Virus record (IMG/VR): IMGVR_UViG_3300033145_000192
Coordinates: 96,001 to 160,000 of that record
Length of the DNA: 64,000 nt
DNA from: a virus
Reading direction: 5' to 3' (one strand)
In this document: piece by piece, positions 29,592 to 39,512 of the stretch
Numbering within the stretch: the first letter of the stretch is position 1
Layout: each line of letters opens with the position of its first letter
Notes under the pieces: model-generated
What the model was told of the DNA's origin: nothing
Seen by the model: the letters and a program-made list of their open reading frames with translations, nothing else
The model's database searches: none
Position numbers and translations under genes: made by a program

Positions 29592-30109
29592 TACTTGTCC
29601 ATCTTTCTCCATGTAGCTTGAACATAATAGACGGTTCCACCAAATGCACGCTTCTCTAGGTCTCCAATTAGCTTGTAGTTCTCTCCATCTATAGTTGCTC
29701 CAATGCACTTCTGCAAATGCACATATGACGCAATAACCGTCTTTGTAATCAAGACGCGCTGAGATATTCTTCCTGCTGGAGTATCCTGTCCACCACTATC
29801 GGCACTCTCTAGCTTCATCTCTTCATGGCGGATATTTGCAGTATATGAGGTTTGCCTTTGCTCTAGCATGAACCCCTCGCCCTTACAGGCTCCACAAATA
29901 CCACCAGTGGCGCTCATGTGTTTCTTATAGGTCGAGTTGTATCTACACGAACCTACACATGCAGACTTTAGTGGCGGAAGGTGAAGCGTAATCGCTCTTC
30001 CTCCTTGCATTATGGTATCCATAGCAATGCGCCACTTTGTCTTCAAACTAGACATCAAGTTAGGCATCGAATTGCCGTGAAAGCCTTCGCCATTAGTAAT
30101 TACGCCCAT
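29591..30109 (-). CDS. Head-tail connector/closure-like protein with a Cys cluster
   Basis: 172 aa with CVGSC and CGACKGEG. Function inferred from synteny. Confidence 0.5.
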   Translation of the reverse strand: MGVITNGEGFHGNSMPNLMSSLKTKWRIAMDTIMQGGRAITLHLPPLKSACVGSCRYNSTYKKHMSATGGICGACKGEGFMLEQRQTSYTANIRHEEMKLESADSGGQDTPAGRISQRVLITKTVIASYVHLQKCIGATIDGENYKLIGDLEKRAFGGTVYYVQATWRKMDK

Positions 30110-30117
30110 GACAACTC

Positions 30118-30498
30118 CTAGTAGATAAGTCTGCCTATAGTGCCACTCATGTTATACAGGTTTATCGCCTCCTTGAGTTCGGCACACGGACTATTCATGC
30201 TATCAAAGAATGAGCCACGCGCTACGGATTGGCCACGGGTGTCGAGCTTCTGCTCACCGTCCACTGCAAGAAGCCCAGCAGTGCCGTCTGTTAATTCCTG
30301 CTGGAATTCTCTAGAGGCTATCATGCACTCTGCCTGGAGAAGAACGATGTCTTCCAGGTCGTCATTGTCAGGCGACATGACGCCGCTTGCATTTACGGTT
30401 GTCTGATTTGTTGTGCCGGTCAAGTGTAGCCGACGATTTACTCGTCTTGATGCCTTCTGCAAGATGGCAACTAGCACGGCATTTGTGAAACGGGCCAT
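30118..30498 (-). CDS. Head-tail adaptor-like protein
   Basis: 126 aa, helical, AGGAGGAGG RBS. Function inferred from synteny. Confidence 0.5.
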   Translation of the reverse strand: MARFTNAVLVAILQKASRRVNRRLHLTGTTNQTTVNASGVMSPDNDDLEDIVLLQAECMIASREFQQELTDGTAGLLAVDGEQKLDTRGQSVARGSFFDSMNSPCAELKEAINLYNMSGTIGRLIY

Positions 30499-30530
30499 AT
30501 CTTCCTCCTCCTGCGATAGAGTCTTAGAAT

Positions 30531-30540
30531 ATCATACACT
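30531..30540 (-). promoter_or_regulatory. Candidate late promoter motif AGTGTATGAT
   Basis: RGTGTATRW copy upstream of ORF 30498. Confidence 0.55.
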
Positions 30541-30573
30541 TATCTGGGGTGTAAGACATGAGCCACATTCTAT

Positions 30574-32313
30574 TTAGAAGTTTGTGCCGTAATATGGGGC
30601 GTTTTCGGTCACCGCATCATCTGCCCTTGAGTAGTAAATCCAAATTCTAGCATCCCTGAATGGTTCACCACCAGCCTTTGCCCTGAACTGATACCCACGG
30701 TCATCAATAACTTCATTCTCATTGATGAGTCCAACCTGCCAAAATTGTAGTCCACTACCAATGTGATTTGTTAGGTCCGTAATAGCGATGTCATTTAGAT
30801 ATTCGGGAGCCCAGTTAAGAGTCTGAGCGTGGTTTGAATATCTTTTGAATTCCAATCCACTGCCTATTTCTGTGAACGAAGTCCATGGGTCAGAACCAGA
30901 AACTTCGCACCAAATACCACCCAATCTGGTCCAATCCAGTGCATTGTAAACACTTACGTTATATGTCTCAAATAGAATCTTGGTGATATTAGCATTGTCT
31001 GGCAGTTCAGTGATATCAAAAATGCAAGCAGAACGATACAGAACAGTGGCATCCCTGCCGACAAACTCGGAGGCATCAGCATCCCACCTGTTACCAATGT
31101 CGTAACTCGTAGTATGCACTCCAGTTATGACTGTTAGGTGGTCAAGTCCCTCGTCCCATGGACCGTCAACGAAGTCGTCAGTAGTATTTACTTCGAACGT
31201 ATGGTCATAGCTCTTGTGAGCAGCAGTATTTTGTAGAACCAAGCACACACCAAAGCGGTCTGTTTCATCATCATTAACTACGCTGAATATCGCATTGTCT
31301 ACTGTCGTAGCCAACTTCAGTCCTGTGCCTAGAAATGCGGCTTCTTCCTGTGAGTGCGCAGGGTGCGTGTCTGAATCATCATTGCTTTGTGGAAGACGAC
31401 AGAATTGTCCAGCATAATACTCAAGTGGCAATAGTCCATATTCAATAGCCGCACCAGCCACAAGACAGTCAATCTGACAACGATATTCTCCTTGTGGCCA
31501 TTCTACGCCTGGAAGACCAGACATACTTACTGCATCATATGCAACTCCACCAACTGCTGCGGGAACCGTAAGAGCCTTGGTTCTTTCTGTAATACTGTCG
31601 GCATGTTTTGTGATGTATTCTGTATAGATGCCAGTATGCGCTGAAACACCAGCAGCATATGTTCCACCACGAATATACATGGTCATTGTTCCGCTAGGAA
31701 CGCTATACCTTCCTTGTGAGCGTTGGCCCAGCAATTTTCCAGTTACATCAAGCTCTGATTCTGGAAGATGCTCAGTCCACTGTCTCCAGCTTATCTCCTC
31801 TGTTGCTCCATCGTGTGTAGAAAGCAACTCATTGTCATCAACTTGCTTACCGTGACGAATCAATTCAGGAGCAGGAAGCTTGAAATCAGTCCACTTTTTG
31901 AATATAGTTTTTTCTGGAATGCCACTTTTTGTAAGTCTAGCAACAGCCTTTTCTTCAGCATAGACTACACGCGACTGATTGGTATTGATTGCTCCACCAA
32001 GCCTTGCATCTGGAGCTAGGGGGCGAAATGTGATTTCTGTAGCATATCGCTCGCCAATTGGGTTTGTTCTGGGGTCGTCATCCCAAATTGTGGCCCTACA
32101 CCCTCCGTCCATTGTATGCTCCACATAGTAATGGTCGGCACCCATTATGACACCTTGGATATTTAGCGAATATACCCATCCGGCATCGTTATCTATAGAA
32201 AGACTTACAGGTGGAGTAGGGTCCACCTTGAATGGCGTGTTAGCCCACTCTGAACTATCTATTTGTTCCCACCCAGACGGGGTTGCCCTCGTCCACTGAA
32301 CCAATACCTTCAT
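30574..32313 (-). CDS. Virion protein with a C-terminal DNRLRE/CBM96-like domain
   Basis: YRSACIFDITELPDNANITK...ARIWIYY resembles the DNRLRE-type R..+.FD+..+P..A.I...P.L.+.Y pattern. Confidence 0.5.
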   Translation of the reverse strand: MKVLVQWTRATPSGWEQIDSSEWANTPFKVDPTPPVSLSIDNDAGWVYSLNIQGVIMGADHYYVEHTMDGGCRATIWDDDPRTNPIGERYATEITFRPLAPDARLGGAINTNQSRVVYAEEKAVARLTKSGIPEKTIFKKWTDFKLPAPELIRHGKQVDDNELLSTHDGATEEISWRQWTEHLPESELDVTGKLLGQRSQGRYSVPSGTMTMYIRGGTYAAGVSAHTGIYTEYITKHADSITERTKALTVPAAVGGVAYDAVSMSGLPGVEWPQGEYRCQIDCLVAGAAIEYGLLPLEYYAGQFCRLPQSNDDSDTHPAHSQEEAAFLGTGLKLATTVDNAIFSVVNDDETDRFGVCLVLQNTAAHKSYDHTFEVNTTDDFVDGPWDEGLDHLTVITGVHTTSYDIGNRWDADASEFVGRDATVLYRSACIFDITELPDNANITKILFETYNVSVYNALDWTRLGGIWCEVSGSDPWTSFTEIGSGLEFKRYSNHAQTLNWAPEYLNDIAITDLTNHIGSGLQFWQVGLINENEVIDDRGYQFRAKAGGEPFRDARIWIYYSRADDAVTENAPYYGTNF

Positions 32314-32323
32314 TTGTTCTCCA

Positions 32324-32965
32324 TTATGTCGTCTGGAAGTCTAGACTCTGCACGGCATAATAGTCTGTTCCATCATAGTAGAATGAGATGATATCAATAG
32401 CGCCACTGCCCGTAGTAATTGTTGGTGCAGTTCCTCCTGGGAAAAGCACTGCGGCTGGGGATGAGGCATCCCACGTTGGAGCGGTAAAAGCTCCCATTTG
32501 AACTACCTTGAGCAAAAAGTTGCCTGGGCCTGGAGGGGCCGTAAATGCAAATAGACAGTCCTGGTCCAATAGCACCCTTTGCTTCTGGCCATTGTTCCAG
32601 TCGATAGCGCACGTTGAATGCGCTAGTCCGTGGTCATATTCAGCATCAAATGTAGCGGTGTGCAGGTCGCTCATGTTGTCGTTGTCGTCCAACAAGACGC
32701 TGCTTCCTTGAAGGTTGCGGCCCGACGTTGTGTTGAATCTAGGAATTGCGTTATCTAATGAATCTATCTGTTCATTTCCTACGTTACCTGTTGCTGATGC
32801 TGTCGCTTCGTTCTTCCACCTTGGGACAAGGTCCACGTTCATATACAGAATTTGGTTCTCGTTGCCTGGAGGCACAGACTGGGCCGTCCCACCATCATCG
32901 TAGTAATAGATAACTCCACTTGTTCCTGCCGCAGCTTCTCCACTATGAGTCATACGATGTTCCAC
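32324..32965 (-). CDS. Small fibre/decoration protein (modular family member 1)
   Basis: C-terminal IDWNNGQKQ...FPGGTAPTITTG...DIISFYYDGTDYY domain typical of phage fibre proteins. Shares a DNAI.R module with 34589-35164. Confidence 0.6.
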   Translation of the reverse strand: MEHRMTHSGEAAAGTSGVIYYYDDGGTAQSVPPGNENQILYMNVDLVPRWKNEATASATGNVGNEQIDSLDNAIPRFNTTSGRNLQGSSVLLDDNDNMSDLHTATFDAEYDHGLAHSTCAIDWNNGQKQRVLLDQDCLFAFTAPPGPGNFLLKVVQMGAFTAPTWDASSPAAVLFPGGTAPTITTGSGAIDIISFYYDGTDYYAVQSLDFQTT

Positions 32966-33636
32966 TCCGTCCCATTATACAGCATGGAATATGCCTGGTA
33001 GTTGTTTATCATTACGACGCTACTAAGGCCATCAATGGTCTTCCCTGGAGCCAGAATGGTAATGTTGTTCGCCTTTGCATCGCCCTTTCCATCTTTAACC
33101 AAAACTTCTTGGCCCACCTTTGGTGTCACTGGAAGATTAACGGTTGTGATGCCAGCAATAGATTTGTTGATAATGACTTTTCTACTACTAGAAGTGAGGT
33201 CTACTGATGCGCCAGCAGTAACAATTAGCGGGGTGAATATACAATGCTCTACCCAGTCGGGGTCGAGTCCATCATTGCCTAGGACTTTGCCAGATTCGCC
33301 AATCGGCTTACGCGCCCACTTTGAGGCAGCAGTTACAGCTAGCAAGTCTCCACGAGTAACGGAATCAATGACAGAGTCGGAGTGCGACAAACTTAGGATG
33401 TCGTGACCACTAACCGCAACTGGCTGTGGAGACCACCTTGTTCCATCCCAGGTAAGGGCATACCCAGTAATTGGAGATTCAGATGATACTGGATTTTGCT
33501 GAATAGCAAGCACGACAAGGTTGTCGAGCACGCCCGATACGTCGCCCCTTGCTTCTTCCCATCCAACCCTGCCGACACCGCCGCCTATGTTAAGCGTTAA
33601 TACGGTGCCGCTGGGTGCTGTGCCATACCATGTCAT
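32950..33636 (-). CDS. Small fibre/decoration protein (member 2)
   Basis: C-terminal LP..P..G....VKD..G.A..N.IT...IDG...YNGTEW domain shared with the next two genes. Confidence 0.65.
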   Translation of the reverse strand: MTWYGTAPSGTVLTLNIGGGVGRVGWEEARGDVSGVLDNLVVLAIQQNPVSSESPITGYALTWDGTRWSPQPVAVSGHDILSLSHSDSVIDSVTRGDLLAVTAASKWARKPIGESGKVLGNDGLDPDWVEHCIFTPLIVTAGASVDLTSSSRKVIINKSIAGITTVNLPVTPKVGQEVLVKDGKGDAKANNITILAPGKTIDGLSSVVMINNYQAYSMLYNGTEWNIV

Positions 33637-33721
33637 AGCCCGCCCTATCTAGGCAATATGCCCATTCCGCAATAAAAGCCATTGCATTTACCAAACGAGA
33701 ACCAGGTAGATTATCTGTAGG

Positions 33722-34573
33722 TTAGATAATGCTCCACTGAGTTCCGTTATACATCAGGGTCAGGGCTGAGAAGTTGTTTCTCATAATGACAGTCGCATTT
33801 CCGTCAATGTCGTTTCCATTTCCATCGACAGTAATTGCGTTTGACTTGGCATTTCCGTTGGCATCCTTCACAATGTGCAACTCTCCACTTACTGGAGCAG
33901 CAGGCATCGTAATTGTGATTGCTTCGGAGTTCTTTACAGAAACAATGTAGTCGGCTACTGTGACAGTATATGCGCCAACCGTGTCTGTGTCCCTGATAAT
34001 CTGTCCACCATTCAGAACTAGGTTATCATTCGCACCGTCTAGTGTCAACATCTCGTTGCCACCAGCGGTTCCAATTAGCGTGTTGGCTGTCTCAGCAGAC
34101 CAGCCTGTGTCTACATCACCAACAAATGTCATTGAAGGTGCGGCAGAGGTTCCTAGAGCGAATGGAGTTACTGCGCCTAGCTGAGTCCACTCTACATCAG
34201 AGCCGCCAGCATAAAGGACGTATCCCTCTGTGCCCTTCTCATACTCTTCCCACTTAGGAGTAGAGTTCGCTCGAATGATGGCACCCTGAGTCGGGCTATC
34301 AACATCAGTATCCGAGTGTGTTGCGCTCAATAGGTTGTGAGCGCCACCAGCGCCACCTGAGTCAGTAACCGGCGTCCACTGTCCACCAGTGAATACCAGA
34401 ATTTCAGTTTCGCGTGGTGGAGTTGGGCTAACTGGAGACTCTTGAATACCAGAAACTACTGTTACTCCAACAGTTCCGGTAACATCACCGATTAGCTCGC
34501 TATACAATACTAGGTTCTCGTCCCCCATCGCGTGAAGGAGTTCACCACTACTGGCTACGCCAATCCAAGTCAT
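33722..34573 (-). CDS. Small fibre/decoration protein (member 3)
   Basis: Paralogous N-terminus (MTWIGVASSG vs MTWYGTAPSG) and C-terminal YNGTQW domain. Confidence 0.65.
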   Translation of the reverse strand: MTWIGVASSGELLHAMGDENLVLYSELIGDVTGTVGVTVVSGIQESPVSPTPPRETEILVFTGGQWTPVTDSGGAGGAHNLLSATHSDTDVDSPTQGAIIRANSTPKWEEYEKGTEGYVLYAGGSDVEWTQLGAVTPFALGTSAAPSMTFVGDVDTGWSAETANTLIGTAGGNEMLTLDGANDNLVLNGGQIIRDTDTVGAYTVTVADYIVSVKNSEAITITMPAAPVSGELHIVKDANGNAKSNAITVDGNGNDIDGNATVIMRNNFSALTLMYNGTQWSII

Positions 34574-34588
34574 AATATGCCCCCTAGG

Positions 34589-35164
34589 TTATATCACGTT
34601 CCATTCAGTTCCATTATAGACAAACGTGAATGCTTGATAATTCTGTGTTATCACAAAAGAGTTAAGGCCATCAATTGTTCCAGCGGACGCTCGAATAGTG
34701 ATGTTGTTCGTAAACGCATCGCCCTTAGAGTCTTTCACTACTACCATTCTACCAGCGCCGGGTGATGATGGCAATATCACAATCGTTGCCGCGCCAATAG
34801 TTTTGTTCACCATGATTATATCGTCGGCAGGAGTTCCAGCAATATTACCGCCAGCAGTTACAATTCTTATGTTTCGCTTCAGATATCCGTTTAGCTTGAT
34901 TCCACCAGGAGTTATGATGTTTCCATTATCGTCCAGCGTAGCTAGACTATTCTGAATTTGCTCCCCTGTGATTCCATCCCATCGGACAATCGCGTTATCA
35001 GTAGATACACTAGGAGTAGTTACTCCGCCAGAAGCAACCACTGCTCCGTCGTCAGAAATATCAGTTCTTAGGTCATCTACTAGACCAGCATCATCGGTGA
35101 TTGTGCCAGATATGGCTACAAGCTCATCTCCAACGTCTGTTCTAAGGTCAGCCAGTAGATTCAT
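34589..35164 (-). CDS. Small fibre/decoration protein (member 4)
   Basis: Carries the same C-terminal YNGTEW domain plus the DNAI.R module. Confidence 0.65.
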   Translation of the reverse strand: MNLLADLRTDVGDELVAISGTITDDAGLVDDLRTDISDDGAVVASGGVTTPSVSTDNAIVRWDGITGEQIQNSLATLDDNGNIITPGGIKLNGYLKRNIRIVTAGGNIAGTPADDIIMVNKTIGAATIVILPSSPGAGRMVVVKDSKGDAFTNNITIRASAGTIDGLNSFVITQNYQAFTFVYNGTEWNVI

Positions 35165-35183
35165 GCATCTTACTCCTTACCTT

Positions 35184-35193
35184 AATATACACC
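35184..35193 (-). promoter_or_regulatory. Candidate late promoter motif GGTGTATATT
   Basis: RGTGTATRW copy upstream of ORF 35164. Confidence 0.55.
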
Positions 35194-35208
35194 CGCATAG
35201 AGTTGTTG

Positions 35209-35565
35209 TTAGTTCGTCAATCTGGCTATCACGCTCCTGCGCAACGCCATTTTTTCCGATGTTGATGGCTTGTTCCTTCCTACGTGGTAGTCTATACCAA
35301 ATGCACATGCGATTTCAACAAGGATGTCGAAGTCTACTAGGTGCATCATAGATATTCTAAACGATACTGCTGGAATGTCAACGCTAAACATTTCCTTGAC
35401 GATTTCCGGAGTGTATGTTGCGTCTTCTAATACATCTCTGTTTTCCCTATACAAAGAAATAGGGATATCAGTAGGCCCGTAGCGGCCATAATCGAAATAT
35501 CTACCATAGACTCTATATTTACCTACGGTTGTATACCCCATAGGCTCTTTTAGGTAAACTAGCAT
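35209..35565 (-). CDS. Hypothetical protein
   Basis: ORF downstream of the capsid terminator. Start uncertain (35565 or 35541). Confidence 0.55.
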   Translation of the reverse strand: MLVYLKEPMGYTTVGKYRVYGRYFDYGRYGPTDIPISLYRENRDVLEDATYTPEIVKEMFSVDIPAVSFRISMMHLVDFDILVEIACAFGIDYHVGRNKPSTSEKMALRRSVIARLTN

Positions 35566-35579
35566 TTTAATCCAAATAG

Positions 35580-35613
35580 AAAAGGCAGACACAGAGTCGA
35601 GTCTGTATCTGCC
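35580..35613 (-). terminator. Intrinsic terminator after the major capsid gene
   Basis: 12-bp stem GGCAGATACAGA/TCTGTGTCTGCC, 6-nt loop, then TTTT. Confidence 0.8.
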
Positions 35614-35640
35614 CCCTCATATTTTCGGCTGACCTTCGAT

Positions 35641-36645
35641 TTAGAAGGAGCCTAGGATTACTCTACGGTTATCGAGAACGGCGAAGCCATGCTCCATCCA
35701 TCCGTAGATACCTGCCCTTTGCTGACGGTGTAGGTGCTCGTCCTCAAAGGTCTGTAGCTCCTGGCGAATTGGCTGGACAAAGCTGTCGTTGGTGCTTAGG
35801 TCGAGACCTACAACGAACTCTTGGTCACCAGCACTGATTGCTGTTACGGAGCGGGCTAGCGTGGTGTCTAGGTAAGTCTGATACTCTTGACCGACACCAA
35901 ACTCGGTCATGAAGTGTAGCTTGGTTCCATATAGGATTCCAACGCTTCTTCCAGAGCTAGTTAGAATCTCACGGCGAGTTACCTCGTCGATTTCGGAGAT
36001 GTCCCATGCTCTTAGGTCCTCCATAGCCTCCATAGAGACGAAGAGGTCAGTAAGCATACCAGCCTGGCCGTTTCCACCAGCGTTACGCGTCATGGCAGTC
36101 TGCATACGGGAGACAAGCTCCTTAGTAAACTGACCAGCGGCAGCGCCAGTATCAGCGACAACAAGACCACGAGCGTCGGCGGCTGCTAGAAGCGTGTGCC
36201 ATCCATCCTCGTTAATCTTGCGGACAAAACCCATCTGGTAGACGCGGATTGCGCGACTTACGACATCGAAGCGGGCATCGCGGGCGTAGCGTAGGCTCCA
36301 GTCAATTGCGTTAGCAATCTGGAAAGTAGGAACCCATAGCTCATCGCCTTCGACGTGACGCTCTGGAACCTTGCCCTGCTTAGGCAAAGTGATGGCGGTG
36401 AAGTCGAGGTCTTCTGTGCCTGGACGGACGAAATCAAGCGGATAGTTTGCCTGGGCACCTGGGGCTAGAACTTCACGACGGAAGATTCCACCTAGGTTGT
36501 CCTCGTCAAAGATACCCTGACGAAGAGGCTCACTTAGAGCAGCGGCAAAAGCCTTTTGTGCTGCCATAGCCACTTGGACGTTATCAGAAGCGGTTGCTCT
36601 TAGTAGGGCAATCTGTTCTGGTGTTAGCTTAATCAATGCACTCAT
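35641..36645 (-). CDS. Major capsid protein (HK97-fold by context)
   Basis: 334 aa, follows the protease/scaffold and decoration genes. C-terminal GIYGWMEHGFAVLDNRRV; strong terminator downstream. Confidence 0.82.
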   Translation of the reverse strand: MSALIKLTPEQIALLRATASDNVQVAMAAQKAFAAALSEPLRQGIFDEDNLGGIFRREVLAPGAQANYPLDFVRPGTEDLDFTAITLPKQGKVPERHVEGDELWVPTFQIANAIDWSLRYARDARFDVVSRAIRVYQMGFVRKINEDGWHTLLAAADARGLVVADTGAAAGQFTKELVSRMQTAMTRNAGGNGQAGMLTDLFVSMEAMEDLRAWDISEIDEVTRREILTSSGRSVGILYGTKLHFMTEFGVGQEYQTYLDTTLARSVTAISAGDQEFVVGLDLSTNDSFVQPIRQELQTFEDEHLHRQQRAGIYGWMEHGFAVLDNRRVILGSF

Positions 36646-36668
36646 ATTGTTTTCCTCCTAAGCCCTTC

Positions 36669-37124
36669 TTATAGGTCGATGTGGACTAGCGCGTAGCCGT
36701 TAGCGTTAGCAACCGTCCTGAAGTAACCGACTAGAGGAGAGTTCTTACCGGATGCACCATCAAGCGCCAACGTGGTGGAAATGTATCCACTTGCGCCGAG
36801 ATAAGCTGGATTACCAGCTACAGGTGTTCCGATTAGAAGATTCGTCTCATAATCGCCCTTTGCTCCAACGCCGACTACGCTGCCGACATCAGACACGTTA
36901 CGGTTCAGGAACTCACCGTGACGGTCATAGTTCATATTCTCAACGTCGTCGAGAAGAATACCAACTGGATATACATTCAAACCTGTTGCGGTTGCAAGAC
37001 CTGTTACTTCACCAGCAGCGGTCGTTCCTGCGTCGATGCAAACAATCTTGCCTCTTTCCGCAACCTCATTCAATGCAAAGTGGACTTCTGTCCAAATTTG
37101 CTGTCTTCTTGGTGCTAGAGCCAT
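36669..37124 (-). CDS. Head decoration/cement protein
   Basis: 151 aa, Gly/Ala/Thr-rich beta protein immediately upstream of the major capsid gene. Confidence 0.6.
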   Translation of the reverse strand: MALAPRRQQIWTEVHFALNEVAERGKIVCIDAGTTAAGEVTGLATATGLNVYPVGILLDDVENMNYDRHGEFLNRNVSDVGSVVGVGAKGDYETNLLIGTPVAGNPAYLGASGYISTTLALDGASGKNSPLVGYFRTVANANGYALVHIDL

Positions 37125-37136
37125 GTTAAATCCTCC

Positions 37137-38735
37137 TTAGTTGTCTTCACTGCTTGGCTTGTGAGCCTTAAGCATTGTGGTTACTAGACCAGCATAAGCG
37201 TTTTCAAAGTCCATAGGTGTTGGAGCTTCTCCAGCGGATGGAGCGGCTTCAGCAACTACATTCTCAAGAATAGACGCATCGGTTTCACCCTCTCCGTCAT
37301 CATCTTCACTTTCGTCCTCATCAGCGGCACTTGCCTCTGCTGGAACTTCCGGCTTTGCTGGAACTGTTGCAAGCGCAACCGTCTCCTTGTAATCCTCAAG
37401 GAATGCTGCAAAAGCCTCGTCATCCATATGCTCGGCGGAAGAAAGAATCTTCTGTGCCTTCGCATCAATCATGTCTGTGTTCTCGTCAGTGCGTAGACCA
37501 GAAAGAACCTTGTCAATCTCTGACAATCTGTCTCTCGTCTTCGCCTCTGCGGCCTGTGCTGCTAGCTTTTCGTTAGCTTCGGCTAGCTGCTTCTTAAGCT
37601 CGTCGGTTTCTAGGTTGCTGGCTGAGATAGCCTCAACAAGAACTCCGAAGAACTCCTCGGCCTTTGCACTTGCTAGCTTCTCACCGACTCCGGGAAGAAC
37701 CTTATCAAGCGCCTGTGCGCCCTTAACAAATGCACTGGTAATGTTCTCGACTTGCTTCTCAAGCTCTACCTTCTCAGCCACAGCGGCGTCCTTCTCACTG
37801 GCAGTAGTCTTAACTTCTGCTCGGAGAGTAACAGCTTCTTCTGTAGCGGCAGTATACTTGTCGAGAGGGACTCCAGCGCCGGTCTCTGCGTTGTTAGTAT
37901 CACTCATTGTGTCTGAATCCTTCCTTGACTCTTTAACAGTCTGACTATTACTCCCCAAGTCACCAATAACATTGTTGGCAATTGCTTTTACGCTTGCCTC
38001 ATTGGCTCCCATAGGTGTGTGAGTTACCGATTGAATAACAGATGGTTCGTTTGCTGGTCTTTCTACTATTCCTTTACCGCCAAAAACTATGTTTCTCAGT
38101 ATTCTCTTTACGGTAGAACTTCCAAATGAACCGTTTCCGCCATTAGCCTTAAGGCTGTCGTCCAAGAAGGCCGTATCTTCGTTTCTAGCAATGACCTTGC
38201 TACCTACTAGGTAATCATAGTCACTAAACCATGCTTCCATCGAAACGAAAAGTCTACCTTCTTCTGCGCCTTTTTCAATTCTAGCAGCAACCGTAGGAAA
38301 CAAAGCCTTCCAAATCACGGATTCATCCACGACATGGAATTGAGTTGGAACCTCGAAATCTACTGCTGACGCCTTATCTTCAGAAATCACAACACCGTCG
38401 TTATCAGTAACGTATGCATTATACATTACACCAATTGTCTGGTTATCAACGACGACTTTTCCTGGATTTTCTTTTTGTTCGGACTCTGTTAATTCTCTAC
38501 CCGTATTATGCTCCCAATCAACAGGCTTAAGTGCTGGCGTGGCGCGGGCTTTCCATGTCTCTTCTGGTAAGAATACATCATCGTTCAGGTTTGAACCAGT
38601 GCTAACTAAAACAGACTTCATATAGAGAAGGTCTGGCTGTGCAACTACCGCCATCCCACCAACAGTTTTATGCTGTGTTTGTGGTGATGCGATTACTTGA
38701 CACGGCACTAGCAATCTGGTTTTGAACTGTTCCAT
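37137..38735 (-). CDS. Prohead protease-scaffold fusion
   Basis: N-terminal globular domain (NLNDDVF, VDWEH, VSMEAW, GKGIVERPAN) and an acidic coiled-coil C-terminus. ATG 38735 follows GGAG. Confidence 0.7.
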   Translation of the reverse strand: MEQFKTRLLVPCQVIASPQTQHKTVGGMAVVAQPDLLYMKSVLVSTGSNLNDDVFLPEETWKARATPALKPVDWEHNTGRELTESEQKENPGKVVVDNQTIGVMYNAYVTDNDGVVISEDKASAVDFEVPTQFHVVDESVIWKALFPTVAARIEKGAEEGRLFVSMEAWFSDYDYLVGSKVIARNEDTAFLDDSLKANGGNGSFGSSTVKRILRNIVFGGKGIVERPANEPSVIQSVTHTPMGANEASVKAIANNVIGDLGSNSQTVKESRKDSDTMSDTNNAETGAGVPLDKYTAATEEAVTLRAEVKTTASEKDAAVAEKVELEKQVENITSAFVKGAQALDKVLPGVGEKLASAKAEEFFGVLVEAISASNLETDELKKQLAEANEKLAAQAAEAKTRDRLSEIDKVLSGLRTDENTDMIDAKAQKILSSAEHMDDEAFAAFLEDYKETVALATVPAKPEVPAEASAADEDESEDDDGEGETDASILENVVAEAAPSAGEAPTPMDFENAYAGLVTTMLKAHKPSSEDN

Positions 38736-38759
38736 TTTGTATTCTCCGGACCTTACTGA

Positions 38760-38769
38760 TTTATACACC
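38760..38769 (-). promoter_or_regulatory. Candidate late promoter motif GGTGTATAAA
   Basis: RGTGTATRW copy upstream of the protease-scaffold gene. Confidence 0.6.
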
Positions 38770-38774
38770 AAGTC

Positions 38775-39512
38775 TTACGACTTCCGATAATGACTTCTAA
38801 ACTCCTCGCGCTCATTTTCTGTATAGAAGTGCTTGGCTAGTTTGCTATTAAGCATCTTGCGCATAAATACCTGTGACAAGGTCAATTCTGCCCTGTATTT
38901 GTATAATGCTTCAGGCCCACGATTCTTTTGATATATGCTCCCGATTGAATCTACTTCCAAAAAGTTCTTAATCATGCCGCGCCAATGCTTGACATCTTCT
39001 AGACGAAGAATCATCGCTTCGACGTTTCCTGCACTTATGATACTACACCTACGGTCAAAGTCAAACGGAAGGCTATATGCATCTATGCCGAAATCTCTCA
39101 GAAGGTGAGTATCCAACCAATTTAACGACCATTCCGAATTGTGGAAATCCTCCATGACCTTTACTGGGGGATGTCCGACGAACATCTTCTGATACATCTT
39201 CCAGTGATGGAAAACTCCAGAAATCATGCGCTCGACTGGATTACGAACCGCTGTAATTAGTTTGATTGGTGGCTTATTGTCGATAATCCACTTCAATCGC
39301 TCGGCCTTAGCTTTTGGTATTGAGCGAAGCTTATGTGGGCGAACGAGCCCGTCTATTATTCCTAAGTCGGGCGTATGTGCGCTAAAGAATTTTGCATTAC
39401 GCATCTGTTCTTCGGTCGTTGGACGCCCACCGAAGCAAGATTGAATTGACGAGACGAGGGTGCTCGAACCAACCTTGCCCATCGTATATACGATTACGTA
39501 ATTATAGGACAC
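38775..39512 (-). CDS. Sulfotransferase-fold protein of the NKWYS / putative capsular polysaccharide synthesis family
   Basis: 5'-PSB-like YTMGKVGSSTL, 3'-PB-like ITAVRNPVERMISG, WLD..L..DFGID.Y..PFD, ILRLED. Confidence 0.68.
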   Translation of the reverse strand: MSYNYVIVYTMGKVGSSTLVSSIQSCFGGRPTTEEQMRNAKFFSAHTPDLGIIDGLVRPHKLRSIPKAKAERLKWIIDNKPPIKLITAVRNPVERMISGVFHHWKMYQKMFVGHPPVKVMEDFHNSEWSLNWLDTHLLRDFGIDAYSLPFDFDRRCSIISAGNVEAMILRLEDVKHWRGMIKNFLEVDSIGSIYQKNRGPEALYKYRAELTLSQVFMRKMLNSKLAKHFYTENEREEFRSHYRKS

